A stretch of DNA of 64,000 nucleotides from contig CAWHDZ010000016.1 of assembly GCA_963828255.1 (NCBI GenBank), positions 94,849 through 158,848 on the forward strand, read 5' to 3'. This DNA comes from an uncultured delta proteobacterium (GTDB taxonomy: Bacteria; Myxococcota; Myxococcia; Myxococcales; Anaeromyxobacteraceae). The notes below the pieces were generated by a model. It was not told the DNA's origin. It ran no database searches and saw nothing but the letters and a program-made list of their open reading frames with translations. The translations under genes were made by a program, and so were the position numbers. This document shows, one piece after another, positions 1 through 9,780 of the stretch. Position 1 is the first letter of the stretch. Each line of letters begins with the position of its first letter.

Positions 1-2
1 GC

Positions 3-1094
3 GTGTCGGTCCTGGTCATCGCCTGCCCGTGCGCGCTGGGACTGGCCACGCCGCTGGCGGTCCTGCTGGCCACCGGCGTGGCCACCGGGCGTGGACTCCT
101 GGTGAAGGGGGGCGACGTCTTCGAGCGGGCGGCCGGCGCCGACGAGGTGCTCCTCGACAAGACCGGGACGGTCACGCGCGGGCGTCCCGGGCTGCGGGAG
201 GTCCTGCCGGTCCCCGGCGAGGTCGGGGATGAGGCGCTCCGGCTGGCCGCCGCGGTGGAGCGGCGCTCCGAGCACAGCCTGGGGCGGGCCATCGTCGAGG
301 CGGCGCGGGCGCTCCCCGGCGAGCCGGCGCCGGAGGCGGTCGACTTCCGCGCCGTGCCCGGCCGCGGGGTCGAGGGGCGGGTGGCGGGGGTGACGGTGCG
401 GGTGGGCAGTCGGGCCTTCGTGGGCGAGGCCGGCGCGGAGGTCGCGCCGGAGATCGAGCGCGAGGCCCGGGTCCGGGAGGAGCGGGGTGACACGGTGGCC
501 TTCCTCTCGCGCGACGGGCGGCTCGTGGCGCTCCTCGTGGTCGCCGACGCGGTGCGGCCCGAGGCCCGGGCGGTGATCGAGGACCTGGCCGCGCTGGGAC
601 TTTCCGTGCGCCTCCTCTCCGGAGACAACCGGCGCACCACCGAGGCGGTGGCCGCCCGGCTGGGCATCGCCGTGGAGGGCTCCGAGATGACGCCGGTGGA
701 GAAGCGGGAGAGGGTCGCCGCGCTGCAGGCCTCCGGGCGCAGGGTGCTCCTGGCCGGGGACGGGGTGAACGACGCGCCGGCGCTCACCCAGGCCGACGTG
801 GGCGTGGCCATGTCGGGCGGCACCGACGTGACGATGGAGAGCGCCGAGGCGGTCCTGGTCCGCGACGACCTGAGGCTGCTCCCTGACCTGATCCGGCTCT
901 CCCGCAAGACCTACCGGATCATCCGGGAGAACCTGTTCTGGGCGCTGGTCTACAATCTGGTGGCCGTACCGCTCGCGGTGGTCGGGCTCCTGCACCCCAT
1001 CGTGGCGGCCGCGGCCATGGCCGCGAGCTCGAGCTTCGTGGTCGTGAATTCGCTGCGGATCCGCGGTGGTCAAAGACTTCACCCGGAGAGGTGA
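3..1094 (+). CDS. ccoI: Heavy-metal (Cu+) P1B-type ATPase, CcoI/FixI-like; 5' part lies outside the window
   Basis: CPCALGLATP, DKTGT phosphorylation site, SEH motif, GDGVNDAP hinge, YN and MAASS TM motifs; directly followed by ccoS. Confidence 0.88.
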   Translation: MSVLVIACPCALGLATPLAVLLATGVATGRGLLVKGGDVFERAAGADEVLLDKTGTVTRGRPGLREVLPVPGEVGDEALRLAAAVERRSEHSLGRAIVEAARALPGEPAPEAVDFRAVPGRGVEGRVAGVTVRVGSRAFVGEAGAEVAPEIEREARVREERGDTVAFLSRDGRLVALLVVADAVRPEARAVIEDLAALGLSVRLLSGDNRRTTEAVAARLGIAVEGSEMTPVEKRERVAALQASGRRVLLAGDGVNDAPALTQADVGVAMSGGTDVTMESAEAVLVRDDLRLLPDLIRLSRKTYRIIRENLFWALVYNLVAVPLAVVGLLHPIVAAAAMAASSSFVVVNSLRIRGGQRLHPER

Positions 1095-1097
1095 ACC

Positions 1098-1295
1098 GTG
1101 TCGCTGGGCCTCCTCATCGCCATCTCGCTCGGCATGGGCATCGCCGCCTGGCTGGGATTCCTCTGGACCGTGCGCAGCGGCCACTACGACGATCCCGAGG
1201 GGCCGAAGTACCGGATGCTCGACGACGATGACGAGCGACCGCCCCAAAAGGGGCGTGACGGAAAACGGATGGACGATCCGGGACGCGACAGGTAG
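1098..1295 (+). CDS. ccoS: cbb3-type cytochrome oxidase assembly protein CcoS
   Basis: 65 aa, N-terminal TM helix then FLWTVRSGHYDDPEGPKYRML, matching the CcoS/FixS pattern; next to the P1B ATPase. Confidence 0.9.
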   Translation: MSLGLLIAISLGMGIAAWLGFLWTVRSGHYDDPEGPKYRMLDDDDERPPQKGRDGKRMDDPGRDR

Positions 1296-1308
1296 ACGTA
1301 GCGCCCAC

Positions 1309-2127
1309 GTGAGCACCGCTACCCTGAGACACATCGCAGCGGCCGCGACGCTGGTCGCGGCCCTGGCCGCGCCGGCGAGCGGCCTCGCGGCCGACCCTGC
1401 GCAGCAGGGTGCGCCCCTCACGCTCGTCGGCGAGAAGACCAGCGGTGACACCACGGTCATCCTCGTCCAGCAGACCCCGAAGAAGCCCTGGGAGACGCCG
1501 GCCTGGGCCTACCCGGAGCGGGGGCTCACCTTCTTCCCCGAGGGGCCGGGCAAGGGCAAGGGGCGCTGGGCCGTCGGCGGCCTCTGGCAGATCGCCCCCA
1601 TGTTCACCGCGAGCTACCGCCACGGTCTCGGCTCGGGCTTCAGCGTCGACGCCGCGCTCCGGACCATCATCATGTACAACGAGCTCGGGGTGGGCGCGCA
1701 ATGGGGAACCATGGTCGGCCCCTTCTCCCTGGGGCTCACGGGCCGTGTCGATGGGTTCTTCGGGACCATGGGCAAGGTCTTCCTCTCCACCCAGTTCAAC
1801 TCCACGGGCTGGGGTGTCCTGGTGAAGCCGGGCGCCAAGGCGGGCCTCCAGGTGACGGGCGACACCTGGCTCACGCTCATCTTCGAATCGTACCTGTCCG
1901 TCTACCAGGCCACGAATCTCGGCGGCCTCGTCATCTCACCCGACGCCTCCATGTGGCAGGGATACGGGTTCACGCTGGTGGCCGAGTACTCCCCCAAGAA
2001 GGAGGGGGTCATCTACTACGGTGTCAGCCTCTACAAGACCCGCTCCAACTACCCGCTCTGGTTCAACGTCGATTACAGCCCAAGGCAAATCGTCTACCTC
2101 GGTCTCCTGGCCGGCTATGAATTCTGA
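1309..2127 (+). CDS. Putative outer-membrane beta-barrel protein
   Basis: GTG start, signal peptide (AAAATLVAALAAPASGLAA), alternating aromatic/Gly strands, C-terminal ...LAGYEF BAM-type signature. Confidence 0.7.
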   Translation: MSTATLRHIAAAATLVAALAAPASGLAADPAQQGAPLTLVGEKTSGDTTVILVQQTPKKPWETPAWAYPERGLTFFPEGPGKGKGRWAVGGLWQIAPMFTASYRHGLGSGFSVDAALRTIIMYNELGVGAQWGTMVGPFSLGLTGRVDGFFGTMGKVFLSTQFNSTGWGVLVKPGAKAGLQVTGDTWLTLIFESYLSVYQATNLGGLVISPDASMWQGYGFTLVAEYSPKKEGVIYYGVSLYKTRSNYPLWFNVDYSPRQIVYLGLLAGYEF

Positions 2128-3574
2128 CCGTCGCATCCTCGCGCTCGCGCTCGTGGCCCTCGCCACCTCGGCCTGCCTGGACCGGCAGGGCACCGAGCCC
2201 CCGGTCTTCCCCGGGGGCGGCCTCCTGGCGCGAACGGTCCCGCCGCCGATCTGGCGGGCCGCGCCGGCCGGCACGCCCTACGAGAACCTGGTTCCAGTGC
2301 TCTCGGTCCTCGACGGCGTCTACGCGGCCTCGGAGCGTTTCGGGAACCCGGTGGTGGTCATCCCCACCCTGACCGGGAGCGCCGACGATACGCTGCTCGC
2401 CACCCTCGGTCTCTTCTCGGCGGAGCATCACGCGTTCGCGGTCCTGAATCCCGGCTGTCTCGTCGACTCGTCGGGTGAAACCTCCGTGATCCGCCTCGTG
2501 TTCGAGGGCTACTGGCGGTACCTGGAATTCCCCGAGCCCACTCCCAAGGAAACCGGGCTCATCCGGCTCTTCGTGGAGCCGCAGCCGGCCGCAGAGGCCC
2601 TGTGCCGCGGCGAGGCGGTGGCTCCGGGCGCGGCCCGCCTCGTCGGCGCCACCGGCTACGGGAACACGGCGCCGGTCGCTCCGGTCACCATCACCTACAC
2701 CGGGCCGCGCAAGAGTCGGCTCGTGAACGGCGTGAAGTCCTTCCTGGTCGGCGTGCACCACGGCGGATGCCAGACCGTCGACAACTGCGGCGTCTCCGAG
2801 AACACCGGCGAGACCTTCATCCTCTCGAAGAAGCTCGGCGGCGACTACCTCGAGATCGACGTCCGGCTCACCAAGGACAACGTCCCCGTCCTCTTTCACC
2901 TCGGCCTGACTCCAGCCGTGATCCAGGGCACCTACTGCGTGGGAGGGATCGAGGACTGGACCTACTCGCAGCTCGTCGCCAACTGCCGGGCGCGCCACGG
3001 CGAGATCATCCCCCGGCTGGTGGACGCGCTCGAGTACGGTCTCACCCACACCGACCTGGTGGTATGGCTCGACATGAAGGTCGAGAACGCCGTCGTCCTG
3101 TCCAGCCAGATCATCGGCCAGCTGAACGAGCGGCTCGTGCAGTGCCAGCCCGGAGAGGCACCGCTCGACAAGAAACGCTGCCTCTTCCCGGGCAGCCTGC
3201 CGGTGATCGACCGGGTCCTCATCGGACTGCCCAGCGACGACATCATCAGCGAGTACACGACCGCACTCGCGGCCGGCCAGCTCACGCCGGGCCAGCGCTG
3301 CCTCTGCGAGGACAACGTCGACGCGGCGGTGAGCATCCCCTGCCAGGGGGCGTCCCCCCGCTACACCCTGGGGCCGCGCGCGTCCGACGCTCTGAACCTC
3401 CAATCGATGGGCAAGTTCTTCGGGTACTGGACCATCAACGACCCGGTGACCATGAACGCCTTCCTGGAGGCCGCCCGGCCGAACGGGATCCTCACCAACT
3501 ACCTGGGGACGCTCAACGTGCAGTGGGAGATCGCCGGCGTCCTGCCCCCCTATCCCCTGGGCGTCACCCCGTGA
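2117..3574 (+). CDS. Lipoprotein with C-terminal glycerophosphodiester phosphodiesterase (GDPD)-like domain
   Basis: Lipobox LATSA-C; HHGG...SENT...LEIDVRLTKDNVPVLFH, WLDMK, WTIND and GILTN GDPD motifs. Confidence 0.78.
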   Translation: MNSDRRILALALVALATSACLDRQGTEPPVFPGGGLLARTVPPPIWRAAPAGTPYENLVPVLSVLDGVYAASERFGNPVVVIPTLTGSADDTLLATLGLFSAEHHAFAVLNPGCLVDSSGETSVIRLVFEGYWRYLEFPEPTPKETGLIRLFVEPQPAAEALCRGEAVAPGAARLVGATGYGNTAPVAPVTITYTGPRKSRLVNGVKSFLVGVHHGGCQTVDNCGVSENTGETFILSKKLGGDYLEIDVRLTKDNVPVLFHLGLTPAVIQGTYCVGGIEDWTYSQLVANCRARHGEIIPRLVDALEYGLTHTDLVVWLDMKVENAVVLSSQIIGQLNERLVQCQPGEAPLDKKRCLFPGSLPVIDRVLIGLPSDDIISEYTTALAAGQLTPGQRCLCEDNVDAAVSIPCQGASPRYTLGPRASDALNLQSMGKFFGYWTINDPVTMNAFLEAARPNGILTNYLGTLNVQWEIAGVLPPYPLGVTP

Positions 3575-4188
3575 GAGCCCTCCTCCTCGCCTTCGCGCTC
3601 GCCGCGGCCACCACCGTCCAGGCGGCGGAGCCCCAGGCCGCTCCCGCGCCGGCCGAGCACTCGGCCTGGGAGCTCGACGCCTTCGTGGGCTACGGGCAGC
3701 TGGCCTTCCCCTGGCCCGACACCTCGGCGTTCTCCTGGTGGAACGGTGGCCCTGCCGTCGCTCTGAGCGTCGCCTACCGGGGTCCGCATTTCACGCACCC
3801 CTTCCTCGACGTCTCCTGGGTCCCGGTCCTCTCGAGCGGGGGGAGCACCTACCTGCCGGCGACGAACGGAACCGCGACGGTGAGCAACTCCTCCTCCGCG
3901 CTCGGCCTCGCCATCGGTCCGGGCTGGGACATCGACTGGTTCCGCGTGCGCGCCGGGGTCGGCCTCTACAGCGTGTCGGTGAAGACCACCGTGGACGGGG
4001 TCACCAACAGCGCCTCGGCGACGTCCATCGGGTTCATGGGAGCGGTCGCCGCCCAGGTCTGGCGCCCGGAGCCGTTCGGTCTCGGGGTCGAGTTCCGGAT
4101 GGTGGCGCTCCAGTCGCCCACGAACGGCATCTACCAGACGCTCTGGCAGCTCGGCATCACCGGGCGCTGGGACTTCGTCCGGAAGTAG
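3571..4188 (+). CDS. Putative small outer-membrane beta-barrel protein
   Basis: GTGA overlap with upstream stop; signal peptide; amphipathic strands; ends GITGRWDFVRK. Confidence 0.65.
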   Translation: MRALLLAFALAAATTVQAAEPQAAPAPAEHSAWELDAFVGYGQLAFPWPDTSAFSWWNGGPAVALSVAYRGPHFTHPFLDVSWVPVLSSGGSTYLPATNGTATVSNSSSALGLAIGPGWDIDWFRVRAGVGLYSVSVKTTVDGVTNSASATSIGFMGAVAAQVWRPEPFGLGVEFRMVALQSPTNGIYQTLWQLGITGRWDFVRK

Positions 4189-4190
4189 CA

Positions 4191-4210
4191 GCGCCGGCTT
4201 CAGCCGGCGC
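4191..4210. terminator. GC-rich hairpin between convergent genes
   Basis: GCGCCGGCT-TC-AGCCGGCGC perfect 9-bp inverted repeat; no U-tract. Confidence 0.45.
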
Positions 4211-4215
4211 AATCC

Positions 4216-5364
4216 TCACCTGAAGGTCGCCCGGAACTCGTCAATTGGAGAGGGCGGATCCCGCCACTCCTCCCCCGGCACCTGGACCGGAAGCGCGCGC
4301 CCGGATAGCCCGTCCGGCCCCAGCTCCAGCAGTACGAAGTGCCGGACCCCCTCGACGAAGATCGCCAATCCTTCCTCCCGCCTGTCCCGGGGCTGGAAGA
4401 ACCGGCCGCCGGCCCCTCCGCTCACCACGTAGTTCACCGGACGCCCCTCGAAGCCGGGACGGACGATGCGCTCGTAGGCGTGGATGTGGCCGGAGAGGAC
4501 CAGCGCCACGGGATGGCGATCGAGGATGTCCTCCACGACGCGCTTCTTCACCCAGGGTACGCCCCGCTCCTGCCTCCCCGAGGACATGGGAGGCAGGTGA
4601 AGGAGCACGATGGGCCGCAGCCCCAGCCGGTCGGCCTCGGAGAGGCGCGACTCGAGCCAGGTGAGCTGGGGGCCGCCCTCGGGCATCGGGTCGCGGTCGC
4701 CGAACATGTCGGTCCCGGTGTCGAGGACGAGGAAGCGCCAGCCTCCCTGGTCGACGGAATACCAGAAGCCGGTCGGGGGGAGCTCCGGCGCCCCGGGAGG
4801 CGAGAACAGGCTCGCGAACTGGGCCTCGTCGACGACGTGGTACGCGTCGTGGTTGCCCCGTGCGGCCAGCACGGGGACGCCGGCCTTGCGCAGCGGCCCG
4901 GTATCCTCGAGCCAGCCGTTGAGATCGGGCGGCTTCCGGGGAGGCGCCACGGCGCCGAGCAGGGTCTCGTGGACGGCGGCCGGGAAGGGGACGACGGTGA
5001 GCAGCGACACCCAGGCGTGTCCCCGCACGTACTGCGGCCAGAAGGGTACGGCGTACTGCCATCCACCCCAGTCCGGCATGTGTCCGGCCGGGAGGTGGTC
5101 GATGGCGTCGCCGGCGAAGAGGATCAGGTCGGGCTTCTCGGCCAGGATGGCCGCCACCACGGCCTGGTGGGCGGCCGAGTTTCCCTGGGAGTCGCCGTAG
5201 ACGGCCACGCGCATGCGTTCGGGCGCGGTGGCCGGGAGCGGTGGGCTGGCGCGCCCCGTGGCCGGATCGAGCAGGTCGGGGCGGACGGCGGCGTGGGAGA
5301 GGGGGCCGCAGGCGGCCGTCGCCAGCAGGAGGGCGATCGCGACGCGGAGGGGGCGGGCGGCCAT
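4216..5364 (-). CDS. Calcineurin-like metallophosphoesterase lipoprotein
   Basis: Lipobox LATAA-C; YGDSQ, AGD, RGNHD, H and SGHIH motifs. Confidence 0.85.
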   Translation of the reverse strand: MAARPLRVAIALLLATAACGPLSHAAVRPDLLDPATGRASPPLPATAPERMRVAVYGDSQGNSAAHQAVVAAILAEKPDLILFAGDAIDHLPAGHMPDWGGWQYAVPFWPQYVRGHAWVSLLTVVPFPAAVHETLLGAVAPPRKPPDLNGWLEDTGPLRKAGVPVLAARGNHDAYHVVDEAQFASLFSPPGAPELPPTGFWYSVDQGGWRFLVLDTGTDMFGDRDPMPEGGPQLTWLESRLSEADRLGLRPIVLLHLPPMSSGRQERGVPWVKKRVVEDILDRHPVALVLSGHIHAYERIVRPGFEGRPVNYVVSGGAGGRFFQPRDRREEGLAIFVEGVRHFVLLELGPDGLSGRALPVQVPGEEWRDPPSPIDEFRATFR

Positions 5365-5373
5365 CGGTCCCTT

Positions 5374-6132
5374 CTACCCCCCGAGCCGCCGCTCGGAGAA
5401 GGGGGGGAGGCCGTCCGACTCGAGGATGCCGGCGATCTCCATCGCTGGTCTTGAGGGTGGGTGGAGTTTCCCGCTCGCGTGGAGATCGAGGAACCGACCC
5501 ACCTGCGGGAAGGCCTCGACGAGGGCGCCCCGGACCGACGCCTGCATCTCGGTGTCCACCACGCCGGGCTCGTAGCTCACGAGCGACAGATCGACCGGCA
5601 GCGCCGTGCCCGGGGCGAACGACCTCGCCTCCTCCCCCACCACCTCGCCGGCCATGCGCAGGGCGGCCTTGGTCGCGCAGTAGGCGGACCATCCGGCGTA
5701 GGGGCGCCGCGCAGCCCCCGAGGAGACGTCGACCACCCGGAGCTTCACGCCGCGGGCCCGCCGCAGGAAGTGGCCGAGGAGCCAGATGGGCGCGACCGCG
5801 TTCACGGCGAAGGCCCGGGCCAGGCCGGCGGCGGGGGTGCTGCTCGTCGGGCCCACCGGCTCGAGCGTGGCCGCCCCGTTCACGAGCCCGACCCGCGCGC
5901 GCCCTTCGAGGGCCAGCGCCTCGCCGAAGGCGCCCTCGAAGGCCTCCTCCATCCGGGCCGTGTCGGCCAGGTCGAGCCGCAGGTGGCGATAGCACTCGTG
6001 GTGAATGGGAGCCGCCCGCCGCGCCACGCCGGCGACGTCCCAGCCGCGGCGCAGGAGCTCCTCGGCCACCGCAAGGCCGATGCCCGAACTGGTCCCGGTG
6101 ACGACGCAGATCCGGTCGGACGGGACGTTCAT
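5374..6132 (-). CDS. Short-chain dehydrogenase/reductase (benzil/sepiapterin reductase-like)
   Basis: TGTSSGIG, SSGAA, YCATK, PGVVDTEMQ. Confidence 0.88.
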   Translation of the reverse strand: MNVPSDRICVVTGTSSGIGLAVAEELLRRGWDVAGVARRAAPIHHECYRHLRLDLADTARMEEAFEGAFGEALALEGRARVGLVNGAATLEPVGPTSSTPAAGLARAFAVNAVAPIWLLGHFLRRARGVKLRVVDVSSGAARRPYAGWSAYCATKAALRMAGEVVGEEARSFAPGTALPVDLSLVSYEPGVVDTEMQASVRGALVEAFPQVGRFLDLHASGKLHPPSRPAMEIAGILESDGLPPFSERRLGG

Positions 6133-6147
6133 CGGTGGACCCTCCCG

Positions 6148-6927
6148 TCAGTGGACGAGGATCGCCTTGGGGTAGGCGACCCGGAAGCCACGACCTTCTA
6201 GCGTGCGCTGCGAGGCCGTGCCCGGCTCGGTGGCCGAGGCGGCGAGGTCGCAGCCCCGCGAGGCCGCCCAGGCGAGGCGCGCCAGCACCAGCGCGCCCTG
6301 GAGCCCGCGCCCCCGGGCCGAGGGCAGCACCCCTGCGCCGGAGAGCCAGGCCACGCCCCCCTCCGCCGAGGAGAGCGCGACACCCACCGGGACGCCGCCC
6401 TCGAGCGCGAACCAGGGCACGCTGCCCTCCGCCCGCGCCATGCAGCGGAGCCCTTCCCGCTGCGACTCCGACTGGACGGGCGCGCCCAGGAAGGCGCGCG
6501 AGAAGAGGTCGACCCAGGTCCCTTCCTCCGAGGGCGAGGCGACGCGGACGTCGTCGCCGGAGGCCTCGGTCGAGGGCGCCCGGGTCCAGACCTGGAAGAA
6601 GCGCTCCAGCTGGTAGCCGCGCCGCCCCAGTTCCTCGGTGAGGGAGGGATCGGTGAAGGGGACCACCTCGATCCGGACCGGACCCCCGCCCATGCCGAGG
6701 TGGGCCTCGATCCGGTCCACGTCCCCCTCGGTGACCGGGACGCCGAGCCCCACGCCGATCGCCGCCGAGAAGGGGGACCGGACGCCGTGCGACACGGCCA
6801 GCCCACCCGCCACCTCGATGGCCGGAGCCCCCGTCCCGCGCGCCGCACGCGTGCGCTCCAGCTGGAGGGCATGGGCCCGCTCCACCCGGCGGGCCGTGGT
6901 CGCGGGATCTGGTGGGGACGGGGCCAC
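6148..6927 (-). CDS. GNAT family N-acetyltransferase
   Basis: VLPSARGRGLQGAL acetyl-CoA motif A; SQRTLEGRGF. Confidence 0.82.
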   Translation of the reverse strand: MAPSPPDPATTARRVERAHALQLERTRAARGTGAPAIEVAGGLAVSHGVRSPFSAAIGVGLGVPVTEGDVDRIEAHLGMGGGPVRIEVVPFTDPSLTEELGRRGYQLERFFQVWTRAPSTEASGDDVRVASPSEEGTWVDLFSRAFLGAPVQSESQREGLRCMARAEGSVPWFALEGGVPVGVALSSAEGGVAWLSGAGVLPSARGRGLQGALVLARLAWAASRGCDLAASATEPGTASQRTLEGRGFRVAYPKAILVH

Positions 6928-6939
6928 GCTTTCCTCCGG

Positions 6940-9129
6940 CTACGGCTTGACGCCCAGCTCCTCGACCACGCGAGTCGCCCCGGAGACCTGGCTCGCCACC
7001 CAGAGGACGTAGCGGATGTCCACCTGGATGGACCGGGTGTTGACCGGGTCGAAGAGCAGGTCGGAGGCGATGGTCTCGTAGGTTCCGTCGAAGAGGAGCC
7101 CGACCAGCTTCCCCTTGCCGTTCAGCACCGCCGAGCCGGAGTTGCCGCCGGTGGTGTCCACGTCGGAGAGGAAGTTCACCGGCACGTCGCCGAGCTTCGG
7201 GTCCACGAACGGTCCCTTGCGGGTGGCCAGGACCTTGGCGGCGGCTGCGAGGAGCTCCGGGGGCGCGTCGAACTCCGGATCGCCCTTCTTCGCCTTGGCC
7301 ACCACGCCCTGGAGCGTGGTCTGGGGCAGGTAGAGGACGCCGTCCTGCGGGGAGACCCCCTTCACGGTGCCGAAGGTGACGCGGAGCGTGGAGTTGGCGT
7401 CGGGAGCCACGAGCCCCCCCGCCTTGTCGAGCATGGCCTGCATGTAGACCGGGCCGAGGCGCGAGACCGCCCCGTCGCGCGCCTTGTCGGCGTCGCGGAT
7501 CTGCTTGTCGAGCGGGGAGAGCGCCGCGGCCAGGTCGAGGAACGGGTCCTTCTCGGCCAGCACCTCCTCGGGCTTCCCGTCGAAGAGGGCCAGCCGGGCC
7601 GTCTGGTCGGCGAGCTTCGAGGGCGTGCCGTAGAGGGTGGCGAGCCAGCGGTCCACCTTGGCGGTGGACTCGGCCTGGGTGAGACCCGCGGTGATGCCGA
7701 CGAGCGCGTCGAGCGCCTCGATGCGCTGGGCCTGCGGGAGCGCCGCCGCCTCGAGGAGCGCGTAGCGGAGGAGCGCACGGTCGGACCCGAGGTCGATGGT
7801 GCGCTGGAGGCGCTGCTGCGACTCGCGCATCCGCTCCCAGTTGCGCTGCTGGTACTCGGCCTCCCGGTCGGCGTCGGGCTTCTGCCGCTCCTCGGCGAGC
7901 CTTCGGATGGAGCGCGCCGAGCCGAGCAGCGTGGAGTTGAAGTAGAGGGCCTGCAGGGTCGCGTCCCGCTCCCGCACCGACTCGCGCTTCGCCTGCAGAT
8001 CGTCGAGGGCGGGGATGACGCTGCCGAACCTCTTCTTCCGGGAGGGGTCGGCGTCGATCCAGGCCTGGAGCTCGGCCTCGGCGGCGGCCTTCTTCTCGAG
8101 GAGCTTGCCCTTCCTGGCCCCCTCGAGCACGCCCTGCCGGTTCTTCATGGAGTTGGCCAGGCCGCGGACCCGGATGGCCACCTTGATCTCGGTCTCCTTC
8201 GACCCCTTCGACTGCTCGGCCAGGATGGCCAGCATGTCCCCGTAGCGCCGGACCACGCGCGGGAAGCTCCAGTCGATGGTGTCCTTCATCTCGCGGGCGG
8301 TGACGTGGCGGGTGGTCCTGCCCGGGTAGCCGGCCACCACCACGACGTCGCCGGGGATCGCGCCGGCCGGGTCCACCGAGAGGAAGTGCCTTGGCTTGAA
8401 GGGGACGTTGGCCTTGTCGTGGGCGGCCGGCTTGCCGTCCTTGCCCACGTAGGCCCGGAAGAAGGCGAAGTCGCCGGTGTGGCGGGGCCAGCGCCAGTTG
8501 TCGGTCTCGGCGCCGAAGTTGCCGATCGACGAGGGGGGCGCGTAGACCAGCCGGACGTCCTTCAGCTCGACGGCGGCGATCTCGAACCACTGAAGCCCCT
8601 CGAAGAACGAGGCCACGCGACAGCGAAGCCCCTCCTTCTCGCAGGCCGCGGTGAGCTCCTTGCCGCGCTTCTCGATGGCGAGCTGCCGCTGCGTGTCGGT
8701 GAGGTCGGCGGCGAGCTTGCCCACCACGTCCTTCGTGACCTCGCGGACGGCGACGGTGACGAGGACGCGCGAGCCCGGCCCGGCCCATGCCTCGTCGGCC
8801 AGCGTCGGCGCGAGGAAGCCCTCCTTCACGGCGTTCCGCTCCGGGGTGGCGTTGTACTGGAGGGCGCCGGTGGCGCAGTGGTGGTTCGTGATGATGAGGC
8901 CGTCCTTGGAGACGAAGGAGGCGCTGCACCCGCCCAGCGAGACGATGGCGCCCATGGGCATCCCGGTGAGGTCGGCGAAGGCCTTGGGGTTGCCCTGGAA
9001 CCCCAGCTTCTTCAGCCGGGGGGCGAGATCGGTCATCTGCTGGGGCATCCACATGCCGCCGTCGGCGCGGGAGGCGGCGGGGGCGAGGCAGGCGGCGGCG
9101 AGCAGGAACGGCGCGGCGATTCTCTTCAA
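6940..9129 (-). CDS. S46 family dipeptidyl peptidase (DPP7/DAP BII-like)
   Basis: TTG start after GGAGG; signal peptide, DGGMW, TNHHC, WPRHTGDF, TTGGNSGS, FDG. Confidence 0.93.
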   Translation of the reverse strand: MKRIAAPFLLAAACLAPAASRADGGMWMPQQMTDLAPRLKKLGFQGNPKAFADLTGMPMGAIVSLGGCSASFVSKDGLIITNHHCATGALQYNATPERNAVKEGFLAPTLADEAWAGPGSRVLVTVAVREVTKDVVGKLAADLTDTQRQLAIEKRGKELTAACEKEGLRCRVASFFEGLQWFEIAAVELKDVRLVYAPPSSIGNFGAETDNWRWPRHTGDFAFFRAYVGKDGKPAAHDKANVPFKPRHFLSVDPAGAIPGDVVVVAGYPGRTTRHVTAREMKDTIDWSFPRVVRRYGDMLAILAEQSKGSKETEIKVAIRVRGLANSMKNRQGVLEGARKGKLLEKKAAAEAELQAWIDADPSRKKRFGSVIPALDDLQAKRESVRERDATLQALYFNSTLLGSARSIRRLAEERQKPDADREAEYQQRNWERMRESQQRLQRTIDLGSDRALLRYALLEAAALPQAQRIEALDALVGITAGLTQAESTAKVDRWLATLYGTPSKLADQTARLALFDGKPEEVLAEKDPFLDLAAALSPLDKQIRDADKARDGAVSRLGPVYMQAMLDKAGGLVAPDANSTLRVTFGTVKGVSPQDGVLYLPQTTLQGVVAKAKKGDPEFDAPPELLAAAAKVLATRKGPFVDPKLGDVPVNFLSDVDTTGGNSGSAVLNGKGKLVGLLFDGTYETIASDLLFDPVNTRSIQVDIRYVLWVASQVSGATRVVEELGVKP

Positions 9130-9204
9130 GGTGGCCTCCGGACGGCGAGCGAGGCCCGTACAAACCACGAATCCGGACGGTTGTGGAGCCCCCGGGGAGC
9201 GGGG

Positions 9205-9780
9205 TCAGCCGCCCGGCGGGCGGGCAGCCACCGCGAGGTCGGACGCCAGTGACCGGAGCCCCCTCCCCAGCGCCGCCACGGAGCCCGGCACGTCGCCCGG
9301 GGCCCCCTTCTCCTGGTGCCGGGTCTCCCCCGTCACCGGGGCCCGGCCGTGCGCCGAGACGGTCCAGCGGGCCTGGAGCGTGCCCCCCCCGGCCGCGTCG
9401 GCCTCGAATCGGAGGAACACCACAGACACAGCCACCTCCGGGGGCGACCCGAGCGGCCAGGGCCAGCGCAGGATCTCCCGGGCCGGGAGACGTGCCCGGA
9501 GCTCCTCCGAGAGGGCCACGACGGCGAGCTCGTCGAGCGGGGCCGCCCAGCGGTCGCTGGCCGCGTAGGCGACCTCCTCCGGGCCGATGCGGGTGGCCAC
9601 CTCTGGCCGGGAGAGGTACGGGGGGAGGGTGACCGGCCCGAGCCCCACCGAGGCGACCGGCGCCCCGGCGGAGGGCGCCCCCGCGGCGGGGAGGGTGAAG
9701 TAGCGGGAGCTGTCGGTCCGCGGGCCGAGGCAGGCGGGCAGGACCGAGAGCGCTGCGAGGACGGCGATGGCGGGTCTCAT
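9205..9780 (-). CDS. PqiC-family ABC auxiliary lipoprotein
   Basis: Lipobox LPA-C; VGLGPVTLPPYL, DRWAAPL; last gene of MCE operon. Confidence 0.85.
   Translation of the reverse strand: MRPAIAVLAALSVLPACLGPRTDSSRYFTLPAAGAPSAGAPVASVGLGPVTLPPYLSRPEVATRIGPEEVAYAASDRWAAPLDELAVVALSEELRARLPAREILRWPWPLGSPPEVAVSVVFLRFEADAAGGGTLQARWTVSAHGRAPVTGETRHQEKGAPGDVPGSVAALGRGLRSLASDLAVAARPPGG

Noticed and set aside
4241..9163. 1640-aa minus-strand ORF and similar giant ORFs (21957-25385, 33062-37564, 33162-36476)
   Set aside because: Arg/Pro/Gly-rich shadow frames of real genes, expected in ~70% GC DNA; no domain motifs
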